From contig CM060733.1 in assembly GCA_030704615.1 (NCBI GenBank), positions 63,984,001-64,048,000 of the forward strand: DNA of 64,000 bases, written 5' to 3'. Position numbers and translations under genes: made by a program. The DNA is from Takakia lepidozioides. Taxonomy: Eukaryota; Plantae; Bryophyta. The first letter of the stretch is position 1. Each line of letters begins with the position of its first letter. This document shows positions 35,863 to 48,949 of this stretch, piece by piece. The notes under the pieces are model-generated. The model saw only the letters and a list, made by a program, of their open reading frames with translations, was not told the origin of the DNA and ran no database searches.

Positions 35863-37185
35863 CTCGTTCAGCCACAGTGTTGAACACTCCCTTCGCATCC
35901 TCGATGCACCCACATTTTGCATACATGTCCACCTGCCTTATTGTTCACAATGACATTTGGTACAATTCCAGCTCTGAAGATGTCGCCGTGGACCTTTCCC
36001 CTTTTCCAGAGCTGCCAGGGCAGTGTTCAGAATGACATCTGGTTCAATTCAGCTTTGATGATATCCCCATGCACCTCTTTGCCCTTGTGCAGGGCTGCCA
36101 GGCTTGCACAAGCATTGCGAATGCACACAAACATGATGTGGCCAGGCTTCACCCCTTCCCCCATCATTTGATCGGAGGTCTCCAAAGCCTCCATCCCACC
36201 ACCCTGCTGTGCATACCCTGCAAGCATCGCACTCCATGACACCACATCTAGTTCAGCATAGCGTTGAACACTCCCTTCGCATCCTCGATGCACCCACCTC
36301 TTGCATACATGTCCACCAGGGTATTGTTCAGAATGTCATTTGGTACATTTCCAGCTCTGAAGGTGTTGCCCTGGACGTCTTTCCCCTTTCCCCAGAGCTG
36401 CCAGGGCAGTGTTCAGAATGACATCTGGTTCAATTCAGCTTTGATGATATCCCCATGCACCTCTTTGCCCTTGTGCAGGGCTGCCAGGCTTGCACAAGCA
36501 TTGCGAATGCACACAAACATGTTGTGGCCAGGCTTCACCCCTTCCCCCATCATTTGATCGGAAGTCTCCAAAGCCTCCATCCCACCACCCTGCTGTGCAT
36601 ACCCTGCAAGCATCGCACTCCACGACACCACAACTAGTTCAGCATAGTGTTGAACACTCCCTTCGCATCCTCGATGAACCCACCTCTTGCATACATGTCC
36701 ACCAGGGTATTGTTCAGAATGTCATTTGGTACATTTCCAGCTCTGAAGATGTTGCCCTGGACGTCTTTCCCCTTTCCCCAGAGCTGCCAGGGCAGTGTCC
36801 AGAATGACATTTGGTACAATTCACGCTTTGATGATATCCCCATGCACCTCTTTGCCCTTGTCGAGGGCTGCCAGGCTTGCACAAGCATTGCAAATGCACA
36901 GAAACATGATGTGGTTGGGCTTCACCCCTTCCCCCATCATTTGATCATAGGTCTCCAAAGCCTCCAACCCACATCCCTGCAAGCATCGTACTCGACAACA
37001 CCATATCCCGTTCAGCCGGAGTGTTGAACACTCCCTTCGCATCCTCGATGCACCCACCTCTTCCATACATGTCCACCAGGGTATTGTTCAGAATGACAAT
37101 TGGTACAATTCCCGCTTTGATGGTATCCCCATGCACCTCTTTGCCCTTGTCCAGGGCTGCCAGGCTTGCAGAAGCATTGCAAATG
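35863..37185 (-). pseudogene. PLS-class PPR fragment in about 3.5 tandem copies of a 374-386-bp unit
   Basis: DVVSWSAMLAGYAQQG (P), MFVCIRNACASLAALHKGKEVH (L), NNTLVDMYARGGCIEDAKGVF (S); unit starts at 35881, 36265, 36651, 37025; frameshifted. Confidence 0.92.
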
Positions 37186-39109
37186 AAAAGGATCCCTAGG
37201 TTCAAGCGTCAGCTTGGTTGTGGCCATGATGAATTGTTCACATGTCATCTTTAAGCTCTTTTCGAGCTCCTTCTTTGCATCTATTTTGATAGTCCAAAAC
37301 ACGGGATGAACAGGTGCGAGCCAGGGACTGAGTGCTCCATAACGATGGCTGACCTCCGAATATGTGGCGCAAATGCTCCAGCAAGTGTGTGAAATGTAAA
37401 TTCTCTTCCAGAGTATATAAAGGAAATTCTCCCCGACATTCGTGACCCCTCTCCAGTGTGCATTCCAGCCACACAATTGCGTTCTGTTCCCGGAGTATCA
37501 GTAGATGCTTGATGACAGACAGTTGTCCGTCCATTTGAGAAGATCGCCTCTCTATCAATTTGCTGGCACGCTGAATGGGTGCAGAACATATACCGATATC
37601 ATCCTAGGCAAGACCAGTAAAAATTGCAGGCTCCAGACAGCGGTATAGCTTGGAGAGAGCCAATAAAGTTTTCTCCAATGGTGGGTACCAGGTTCCATAC
37701 AAATGTCTTCCCTCCTCCTCATTCCCAGAGGCAGATGCAGTACTTTGCTCTAGTTTAGCTGGAAAGTCAAGGTCCTCTGCTGATGGAAGGTAGTGGGCAA
37801 CCTCATCCCGCATGTGTGTCTAGGCAGGAAAGGTGAGCTGTTCTTGGACATCCGCAAGGGTTCATAAGATAGTCGGATGCACCCCTGCCACAGATTCTCG
37901 CCCCCTCCCCAAATGCTCATCAAGCACCTTTGCTTTCAGAATATCTACAACCTCACAAAGTCGATCTACGTCTGCATCATGGAGATGGTGCCTGCCAGAG
38001 TGTCATAGAGCACCGTACACAGGGAGACAACAAGTGGGGCCAGGTTAGAGGGATTCCCAGATGAGACTGGGAAGAAGTGATCAAACAGTTGATGCTCTAG
38101 CTGCCATACCTGCATTAGGTGAGCACAGCCCGATCTGGTCAACGCAGGCAATGGCTCTTCGTTTGCATAGTCACCAATCCGCTGCGACACCACCCCTTGT
38201 ACCAAACCAAGACGCTGCTCACAATACAATGAATAACAATCTGTCAGCACTTGACTGTACTCCTTCCGCGTCGCTCTGCTGTCGATCTCTTCCATCAGCG
38301 CTTTCAGCTCACTTGCAGCAGCTTTGAAGCGCACATGGAGTACAGACGTCTCTGACGCTTCCGCGATGGAGATTCTGCCGTTTCCACCTAAACTGTCTTT
38401 GACAGCCGCCTGGACCTACCAAAGCTGATTCCTATTTCAGAACTGTGAGTACATGTGTCCGCACACTTGCAAGTGCGCGCGATTGAAGTTGTTTGTACTT
38501 GACAGATAGACACTGAAATCTGCATACTGTGGATTGTTGGCTACATAGGCTCGCATGAAATTGCGTCGCTATATTTTCAAGTTCGTCAAAGTAGTTGAGC
38601 TTCCTCCGGAGGGCATCAGCACAGTCGTTCAGCCCCACCTTCTCCATCACCAATCGCTCGCTCGCATCATGCAGCATTCTTGTTTTGGTGGCAACATGCA
38701 GATGTTGGGCTTGCAGATCATCGAACATACCCAGTGTGCCATCCACATGAACCAGAATCTCATCACAAGTCTCCAGATGTCATGTTAAAGTGTTGACATA
38801 CTGGCGGTTCTTCTCTTCAGTCTCTGGCTTCATGGCAGTCTCTAAATCCATGTGCCACTTATAGAATTGATGCCGGCTGATGAGCTGAACGAGGTCAGTT
38901 GCCAGGGATCCGGCGAAGATGTGCTCGTATGTCGATTGAGAAGGCATAGGTCTCTCTACTCGAGCATGAGCGAAGGCCATATTTGCCGCTTGATGTGGCT
39001 CTGCCCGCGATGCGTTCTGTTCCCAAGTGGATGCAAATCTGTACCCTCGAGACACAGCTCCAGAGCATGGCTGCGTTTGGCGTTGAACAAGGCCATTCCT
39101 GCTCGCCAT
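37186..39109 (-). pseudogene. COG3: COG3 (Sec34) intronless pseudogene, N-terminus to near C-terminus
   Basis: SGAVSRGYRFASTWEQNA N-terminus; VATKTRMLHDASERL..KLNYFDELEN; [10 protein letters not shown]; WYPPLEKTL; many frameshifts; no introns seen. Confidence 0.88.
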
Positions 39110-39654
39110 CTCTCTCCAACATTCTCCACAACAATCTAAAAATGCCTCCTTCTAAATTCGTCCGCACACTTTGGAAATTGGGGCTGCGACGATTAGCACC
39201 CTGCTGTTTTGAGTGTTCCCTAGATGGAGGCATATCTGATCGTTTCAATATCTAATCGTGGAGGTGTCCGCCATCGCGGGACTAGTGCCTCGCACTGGTA
39301 GTTACGTGAAACTACCATGCTCGCTTCCTCGACATAAGGGAGTATCGCGTTCTGTATACAAATTCGTTATTATACATAAGAAATAATGCCATATAGGTTA
39401 CAATTAATAAAAATGTTCCCGGGGAATCCAACCAGCAGTCGTCAAAACAACTCCAATTTACCATAATATTAAAAATATTTATTTTCCTATTTTTTGGATA
39501 TGGACGTATAAGTCGGCGCCAAACCCGTAGTGCTCTTGGTGACTTCTGGTCGTCATCCGGCGTGCCGACCTGGCCGAAATTTGCCTCCACAATGTGGTAA
39601 TGTGTATTATTAATTATATATTTTGTATAGTCGTTCTTGTTGAAATTCTTGCTC

Positions 39655-39930
39655 TTCTACGGCGGCGGACCTTCCAGCGGACTGGGCAAACCCTCCAGCA
39701 AACTCTACAGGTGGACTCTACGTGCAGATTGGACTAGATTGCAGAGTGGATCCTCTCCAAGGGACTCTGCAAAGTTGGTGGACCCTTAGGAGACTCTCGA
39801 GAATAGACGAGACTATCCATTTGACCCTCCGGCGGACTAGATGGGCATTGGGCTTATGAGCTGAAGCCATGGGCCGTACTGGCGGGGCCCATAGGCGCAT
39901 TGAAGACGATATTATCTTAAAATGAGAGCC
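39655..39930. mobile_element. Terminal fragment of a non-autonomous TIR/foldback-like repeat family
   Basis: 39840-39928 is the inverted homologue of 45752-45840; 39660-39700 is a direct homologue of 45884-45920. Confidence 0.6.
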
Positions 39931-41399
39931 TTAACCTATTGCTTCATTAATCCAACCAAGTGACGTGGAAACAACAATTGTATTTTTTTATCCTTTTTGT
40001 TATGAAGGTATGCATGTGTGGGTCTTTGCATTCCCATTGACGAGATAGGCTCCTACTTTGATAGGCATAATCTGCTGCCAAGGAATGTGGAATTTAGAGT
40101 AGGTGGAAGAATATTCCTGTACGCATACCACATAGCGTTAGCTTACATAATCAGATTACAATGGTTTTTAAAGCCGTGGATGATCAATGTCATCAACTGC
40201 CCCAATTGATGTGCACTATGAGTCGTTAGATCAGTCGTGGAAATTTCACGGCTCAGCGGAGCTCTCGTCTATTTATCAATGTTTGATGCCCCTCTTAGAA
40301 GCCCAAACGTCAGAGTCTATGCTACTGAGGAAACGCCACTTATAGACGGACCAATCGTTGACCACTTTGCTTCTTCGATCTGAGTCTCCTGTTCATGTTG
40401 TTGGTCGGATATATGTATACCTACATATATAGATATGTTTGTGGTTCGATATGGGTATTCATAGATATATGTTGTTAGTGCGGGGGCTCAAATGCAGTGT
40501 TGATCAACAGACAACCACTAAAGTATGGAATATAGTGTCTTATGCAATGGAGATGAATAGATAAAGAATGGGGTGAAATGCATGTGATGTCAGAAAATGT
40601 GGGTGGAGGGAGGATCATATCGGCAAACATAACAGCTCCAAAACCCGCCTCCGTTCACTGCACAGTTCGTCAAAGGAGAAAGGGAGATGACAATCATCCA
40701 TGGCGGAGCATTTTTGGGGGAAGAGTAAAAGGAGTGGCAGGCATGAAAGATCCGTCTGATGAGAAAGGAAGGTTGGTGGGCCATTTTGATGTGATCCAAA
40801 GCACAATCCCATTACTTCACCCTATGAGGAGTGTAGCTATCCACGTGATGCCTCACATCCAGATTTTCTTTTTAAATTTTTTTAAAGCATCCTCAAATGC
40901 TCAATAAGTAACAATATTTGAACCCAGAGAGAGAATATGTGCGTGAAACTAATTATAAAGAAGGGGGGTCACGACGGTTCACCTCAATAGCCTTTGAAAA
41001 ACGCCAAAACAAAATCTGGCGAAACCAGCTGTAGGGCAAGGGTGGTTGGATGAGAAGTTTAGCCAACGGTTTATCGCCACGCGTCGAATCTAGAAGCATC
41101 CACAAAATGGGGCCGGTTCATAGTTAACCAGGAGTGATGGCAGCCGATACATGCGGAAGGTTTGAACGATGACGGATGATAACTTTCTTTCATCCAAGTA
41201 CCAACTTCATCATTCAGACGCCTACTGGCGTCTGCACAAATCTCACCTTCTATTAACATATACTTGCCATTGGAAGATAATAGGAATAATGTAAGAACTT
41301 AATGCACACATGCAACCTTTGATAGGATGGTTAGAGTTTCCGGCATGTCAAATCTTCCCCACCCTCTCTTGAGAGTGACATGGAATTGAAGGAGTGTCA

Positions 41400-41650
41400 A
41401 CTCCAGTCGGGGTTACACTGGGTTGTACGATGAGGTGTGTAACTCCACCTAGGGTCACATCGGGTTACACGACGAGGTGTGTAACTCCACTCGGGGTTAC
41501 ACAGAATGGAACTCCAATCGGTGTAACCCACATTTAGTCTCGAAATTTGACTAAGTCCAAATGTGGCTAAGTATAAAATGGACTTACATGAGAAAGCGGG
41601 GTTACAAAGGGTTACACCAATTGGAGGATTACATCAACCGGGGTTACACT
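41400..41650. repeat. Short repeat cluster built on GGGTTACAC / GTGTAACT
   Basis: About 46-bp unit repeated at 41400-41500, plus scattered GGTTACA copies in both orientations. Confidence 0.6.
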
Positions 41651-42422
41651 ACAAAACCCTGACATCAAGAATCAAACCCTAAATCTCTCCACCTGCATTG
41701 CCATCACCTAACCATCATAGTACCCACCACAGCTTACACCCCATTCGGATTCTTGAGTATTTATTAGTGAAACTAAGGGTAAGAGGGGGTGGGGAGGATT
41801 TGACAGGGGGGGGGGGGCAGAGGAGCCCGGGTTGTCGGGAATCTGACGAAAGTACTATCAGATCACATGCGTCCATTAAGTTCTTACATTATTCCTATTG
41901 TCTTCCCTTGCCATTGTTTGACTTTTGCGTTCATAGTCAGCCCCAATATTTAGAATTTCCCATGTCTTTTTGAATATGACGGTCACAATTCACTTTTGAA
42001 AAAAAAAGACCTTTTTAAGTAGATAGCAGTATATTAAATTTATCCATAAAATGAGCCTGAGTTTTGGTACCCTGAGTTCCTCATTTCATCCTGTGTTTGA
42101 GTAAATCCGCAAAGTACTGGGCACAAAGTCAGAAAAGAGGGTACCAAATCAAAAACAGGGGATGAGGGCAATGGCTGCTATGGAACAACCAACCTCCGAC
42201 CGTTTCCCTATGTCTTGGCAGTTTGGTCCCCTGTTTTTTTGTAATGGACCCTCACGTCCTCAGTTTTGGGTCTCATGCCCAGTTTTAGCCAAACTCAGGG
42301 TGCTCATGCCGAGTTTGGGACCCTTTATGGATAACTTTATTGTTGACAGTGGGATTTGGTCATTCAGATGTTTCGCCTGTCCACTGACATCCAACTTGCA
42401 CAAAAGCTTTGTTGGATGGAGC

Positions 42423-42964
42423 CAATGTTGGACTGGTATCATATTTTGAACACACCATGCTGGTACTGGTAAATAGGCCTCCGGCCAATTTTGATACCAG
42501 GGAGGTACTGGTATTGGCAAAAATCTGAGATTTGGATACCATGGTGGTATCAATAATACCTTATTGGTGTAGTGTTTTACGGGTATCAATAGCAAGGGTT
42601 TTTAGAAATCGATACCAGGGTATCTGGTCTGGTATAAAAAAAACTCATGATATGTTAAATATTGAAAGGCACACTTCTCATATAAATGTGTACAAGCATG
42701 CTTCTCATTGATTTTGTTCCTCAAAGTATTAATACCTAGGTTTTCCTCACAAATATGGATATGGTACTGGTATCAAGTACCAGATTTTCAACCACCTACC
42801 AGACTGGTAGGGTATCGTCCCCAGTATTAGGAAGTAGATACCAAGCCAATATGGGTTTATGCTAGGTAGTGGCCTGAGGTGATACCATACTGGTCTGGTA
42901 CTTCATACTAGTATACATACTAATATTGATACCAGTTTCTTATCGGTATACCAGTCCAACACTG
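42423..42964. mobile_element. hAT-like MITE
   Basis: TIRs CA(A/G)TGTTGGACTGGTAT; flanks ATGGAGC / ATGGAAC (imperfect TSD); many internal TGGTAT/ATACCA repeats. Confidence 0.75.
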
Positions 42965-45751
42965 ATGGAACATGGGTCTAGGTGAGCAGCCATTCATTGT
43001 GGCAGGAGTACGGAATATCCCGATGGATGCATCTCGGTGGTTCTGGAATCTGGATGCCATCTGCTTGGCCTCTGTGGATGACATCCATCAGAAGCTTACG
43101 TACCACCATGAAAGCGGTCGGCGATCATAACTCCATCACTCCACCTCTAGGCCCCTCCGTATATACGTATTTACGTACGTCTGTACGGTCTGCCCGAAGC
43201 TTGGGATGACACGTTCTCATCCACGGCTCCCTCATTCATCCTCCTGTCCGCGTCATCGCATGGATATTTCGGCCCCACAATCCACCTCAACACATGTCAC
43301 TTGCTCAATCATGTAACAACCCAACTGGTTTTTAGGTCATGCAAATTGGATGGATGACAAGTAAGTAGTACATCGATGTGGGCATTCAACACCTGTCCCT
43401 GCGCTGCTCTATGTGAAGCTTCCACGTTGGTTTTACACTATATATCTGTCTTACTACGGTCGGCCCTCAATTGTTTAACTGCCACGTAGTAATGTAATAC
43501 TCAATTTTTCTTAAATTTTTCCCAATAAAAGAGAACCCTTTAATACTCATCTTGTGAGTGCTTGAAGCTCACCATGACAGCTGACAAGGTTGTTGAAATA
43601 CTTAAATTGGCAAAAGCATTCACAGCGCGGCCTGCCAGGTTTTGGTTTCAATTTTCACTCTTATGGAGAATTATACATGATTATTATCTGATATTTGTGT
43701 CAGATGCTTGAGTAGGTGAGTATTTGATTTTGACAAGATAGCGAACTATTATTATCCAGAATTTGAAAGTCCACTCTTCCGATGATCACTCCGAGATAAC
43801 TTTGTTGGCAGCTGTAGGTAATGCCACATCTTTTTTCCAGCCTGCATGGGCTGACTGTCCTTCAGACTGCATACCCATGGGTCCAACACGGCCACATTGA
43901 TGGCCATCATCCCTGTGTGATCATGCGCTGCATTATGGCGCTCCATTTGCGGTGTGCTGTTCAGATTAGAACAGACTACAGTTACAAAACAACCACTAAA
44001 ATAACTCTAAGTAATGTTTATCCCTGCTTGGAGGGGATGACACCACGATGTTGTGGGCTCAAGTGACGGACATCTTACCAAGTAGACAAATCGTAATATA
44101 CTCTAATCACCAGGCGCCACGTCATTGTCTGATGTGGATAAAGTCGACCCGGGGCTGACTCGCCCGTGCCAATTTGGATGAACATTTTAACGGATGAATC
44201 TGGAGTGCGTGCTTAATTTGCAATGGTGTCTTTTCTTTTAGGTGCCCTATATAAGGTGTCTTATTGCAGTGCTGATGCGCATTTACTTGGTTTGTCGGTT
44301 GAACGGGTGGTTGTTGCAAGTGGAACATGCCGGATGGAAGGGACAATTGCCTAGAGTAATAAGTAATAACTATGTAAGGCATGTCCATTAAATTTTCCTC
44401 GCATTATCTCTTAATATGAATTAAAGGGCCTTACTCCTCTTCTTATTAAAAAAATTAAAAAATAGAATCATGAATGAACACTATGAACATATCATCTTGA
44501 AGAATGCAATTTGACCATGTAAATATTGCTTGGATGTATGAAGCTTTTCAATGACCTCAAATTTATCGTTGAGAAATCTGTAATTGCATCTTGAGAGGTA
44601 AGAAGTAAACAAACATGAAGTACAAATCAACTAGCTTCACAAGATGCCATTCTGCACACCAATAGTCACTTTGTTCAGCTAAAGTCAATGCACCTATCAT
44701 AGTGAGAGATTTAGCGATGCTAGACTGTTGCTTGTACGTCTCACCAATTGGCAACTGCCCAACTTCTATTTTGCCTCATGGCTATCTGGTGGCCAAAGCA
44801 GTATACCACCATACATTGATAAAGCCCTTTGTGAATATTTTCAAACAATTTTGTATATTTGTAAGTATTTTATAAAGTTTTTATTCCATTCCATTCCCTC
44901 TCCACCTTTTGTCTGTTCCAATCATTTTATGATGTATATTTCGGAACCTTTTGCTACATTCTTTCTTCATTAATAAAAACTTAGTGAATTTACTTCCCTC
45001 ACCCCTTCTAATAGCAATTATATCGGCTCTGATATACGCTATGTTAAAATCATAAATCTTATAACTCTTATGTTCTATCTCTCTCCTCCATTCAGCACTC
45101 AGTTATCATTCGTCACTGGTAGTGCGGAGCATCGCGAAGCCCTAGTAAGTAATAACTATATAAGGCATGTCCATTTGGAAGTGGCTTCGTCCACATCGCC
45201 CCTATGAGTTTACGAGTAGAAGGCATGATGTTCCTGAGCTAACGGCAGCACCCATGGGATGTTGTATACAATAATGAAAATAAATAAAGTAAGAGTAGGG
45301 AGGGGCTCCAACAATGAGACAAATTGATGAATGGTTTCTAAGACAGAGAACATATATTATCGGTCATAAGAAAAAAAATCGCCAAGAAATTTCCTTAGTT
45401 AAACTGGTTGCCTTCTCTGTCGTGAAATTTCACCTGAGAAGAGGACGTGCCTTTACGTCAGGGGTAAGACACCTAGGGTCTTTCGGAATTCATAAGGTCA
45501 CGGTTCGGGGGATGGTGGGGGTAGCAATAAGGGGGCAAGTTGGTTTTTTTACGCCGGTGAAGGGCAAGTGATGAGGCCCTTCCCCGGCTTAAGAATGTGA
45601 GAACCTGGTACTCCTATACTTTAGCCTTTAGCCTTCCCCATGGGGATCTTGGTTGTGATATCTTTTTTTATGCTTCGAAATGGCTCCACCATAAGGATTT
45701 TCTCTTAACATTGTCATTTTTTTTGTCTTTTTTTCATAAGGGAGAACCCGC

Positions 45752-46140
45752 CTCTCATTTTTTAATATTAGGGTCTTGAATGCACATATGGGCCCCGCCA
45801 GTACGGCCCATGGGGTGAGCTCATAAGCCCACCGCCCATTCACCGGGTCAGCCAGATTATGAAATTTTTCTAAGTCATCTACCGCGGCGGACCTTCTAGC
45901 GGACTAGGCAGACCCTCTAACAGACTGACTCCAACCTTCTAGCGGACAGACAAACCCTCTAGCAGACCGACAAGCGGACTGACAGACCCTCCAGCAGACC
46001 GATGAGCGGACTGGGCAAACCCTCCTCTAGGAGACCGGCAAACCCTCCAGCAGACCGATGAGCGGACTGGGTAAACCCTCCTCTAGGAGACCGGCAAACC
46101 CTCCAGCAGACCGACAAGCGGACTAGCAGACCCTTCGACA
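45752..46140. mobile_element. Second end of the same repeat family, with GC-rich subterminal tandem repeats
   Basis: About 54-bp unit CAGCAGACCGATGAGCGGACTGGG.AAACCCTC repeated across 45950-46135. Confidence 0.65.
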
Positions 46141-48229
46141 AAATATATATTTAATAACACACATTATTGCCGCAATACAACCTGTCAAGATTTGAACAAC
46201 AAACCTCGTGTTTATTGTTCATTGCTCTTAACCACCTCACTACCCGCCACCTTCTATAAACCCCCACAATAACTAATGCTTTATTATGTATATATTGTGG
46301 GCCCAGCAGAAGCCGGGCAGACCCAGCAGCAGACTGGCCGGGTCCAGGTAGGGGCGCTCCCACCCTCCGCAACCCCTCTGCCACACGCGGCCCCCGCTGC
46401 AGCCACACACTCGGGCATTCAAGACCCTAATATTGTTCAACGAGAAGCGGAGAACCCTCTGTGCGTTGTTCTGCTGGTCTCGTGCAGGACCTTGGGGCAG
46501 CTGACCCGCTTGTACCGCCTTCATGGCACTCACAATTTCTTTTGTTTTATTTTTTTCCTCCAAAAAAGGAAACACCTAGGAGCGACAACTCACAAATCAA
46601 GACCCTTAATAGTGAGAGGAGAAAATAACCTCTTTCACACCATGGAAGCGTATAAGCGAGACACCGTCCAGGGAAGGGGGAGAAGAGAATACCACACCCG
46701 TCAAGTAGCAAGATTTGACCCCCGAATCATCTAGGTGGCACAGAGTGCACTTAACCAACTGAGCTACTGACTGTTGGTCTCACAATTATTTTCTCCTCTC
46801 TTTCAATTCAAGTTCAAGGTTTTTTTTTTTTTTCCCCCTTATGGCTCAGAGTGGTATCTCATTCCTCTGCCTTAGGGTTTGTAAGGTTATTTTTTCCTTA
46901 CCATTTACTAGTAAAGTTACAATCCCCCTATTCCTTTAAAAAAGAGGAAAAAATAACCTCTGCTGAGTGCCATGAAGGCTGATGTCGGTCGAAGACACTG
47001 CTTCATGTCCAAAACCCCCCTTTTTAATAATGATTAGTGTGACCTATGATAGCCCCCCCCTTGAAAAGGGGCAGTAGCCGCAAGGCGAAGTGGCTCTTAG
47101 TTACACCGCATCTCTCTCTGTGACCTATGTTGTTGAGCACGTATTGTAGGTATTGGGTGACGAAAAATGCTTGAAACTCAATATCTCTAACACCGCAGGT
47201 CCAAAGTTGCAAAGTCCAAAGTTAGTCTGCAAAAGTTAGGATGGTTCATTCAAACAACAAAACCTGAAACGGGTCGCGTAGGGAGTTAAGGGTTAACAGA
47301 AAAAACAGGAGAGGGACCACTCATAAATTGCTAATAATATGAATTACGGGGTCTTCCTCTATAGAACCAAATTCTCGCCCATCTGGTTATTCATCTTCAT
47401 TTGCGGGTATTGAGCTAGCACGGGGATGTGAGCTCAGTAAAGCAGGCAAGCGGGATGGGCAAGATCATTTGCAGAGGACTCAAAACGTAACACGTAGTTT
47501 GTCAGCATATCCATTCACACACATTCATCCAGCACATACACTCACGTACACTAGGGATTATCACACTGAACATATATCAGCTGTCTGGCTGCGTGAGCGT
47601 GTGAGCATGTGAGCGCAGTCAGGCTCACGCCACGTCAGCAGTTCTCGCCACGTTGGTTCACGGGTGTCACGGCATGTCAGCAGTCCTCGCTAGCGTGGTT
47701 GACGCCACGTCACATCATGCCATATCATTTCCATAGGCACGGACCTATAACCGTGGACAGAACAGGCGGAAGGGGGGGATAGTGAGCCCAGAGGTGTGAG
47801 GTAGGTGCCTATTTCCGCGGAATGATTTACCCTTTCCAGTCATTGCAGACTACATCTTTAACATCCATCCCACCGCCGGCCCTCGTGTCATAAACTGCGA
47901 TTTGATAAGTGTGCGATTGCCGAAGTGAGACCTTTATCCCTCCCATGAAAGGGAGAATGAGCGTGCTAGTTACAACAAGCTTTTGTATCAGTCGATAACA
48001 AGGTGTAATAGCAGTTCTCAGTGCAGATCCCCAACCCTAAAAGTTAACCGGAGTGGAATTGAGGGTTTCTTACGTAAAAATCGCCCAAATGGAATAGACT
48101 GATTTAGATACGGTCTACATACTAAGCCCTTGCATGTTTGGAAATCGTTGTGTTTGAATGAAACATTCTCTAGGATGGTCGGGAAGAGAGTCAATGTATC
48201 AGTTTGTCTTGACACAAGCGCGATGAGCA

Positions 48230-48535
48230 GTGAGGTGGGTAAGAAAGTCTTCCCATATGACAGGCTCCTCAACCTGAGTCTGTAGCACAGGATATGAAGA
48301 GGTGTGCGGGCCTTGTGACCATACAACAATTCAAATGGTGAAAAATGAGTACTGTCGCTTGTACTGAGGTCTTGTAAGCAAAGATGAGAATGGGCAGAGT
48401 AATGTCTCATTCTTCAGTGAGGGCACCGTTCTTTTCCAACAACTAATACATGGTAAGATTGTGTGTTTTAATTTAGATGTCAAGCATCGCTTGACTGCTC
48501 CCTACAACCCCCAGTGCAATGGGCTTACTGAAAGG
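48230..48535. pseudogene. Rearranged Gypsy integrase scraps on both strands
   Basis: Minus strand FSPFELLYGHKAR; plus strand HRLTAPYNPQCNGLTER. Confidence 0.6.
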
Positions 48536-48949
48536 CAGCTCTCATGGGCCGAACTTGGCATTCCACAGTTCACAGTTGCTGGGGAGGTCTCTGGGGAATG
48601 TGAGAGTTTCCTATCGTCGCATGCCTAGTCCGCATCGCCTGTGGGAGCTGGTGAAAGGTGGTAGTGCTCTTGTCTTGGCCAATTTGACCAAAGAGAAGCT
48701 CATATGCTCCGTTGCCCGAGTAGCCATCTGGCTCAAGGTGGACGAAGACCTCTGGCACTTTTTGGGCGAAGGCGTTTACATGCTACACAAGATTCGGTTC
48801 ATTAGTGGCTATTGTATCAACGACTGGGAGCCAAATTACGGCCTGCACGTCCTCCAGGAAGAATGTAACACCTTTGTTGTTTTGTGAACGGATTGCAATG
48901 CCTGTCACCACTTGGTCTGGGAAGGAGCCCTGGAATGTTTTAGATGACT

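Noticed and set aside
44350-45175. Helitron 3' ends (CTAG followed by a shared ~30-bp sequence at 44350 and 45142)
   Set aside because: No convincing hairpin or 5' TC end; only a short dispersed repeat is supportable.
47000-48000. LTR/PPT belonging to the dUTPase Gypsy
   Set aside because: G-rich tracts occur on both strands, but there is no paired repeat, PBS or TSD.
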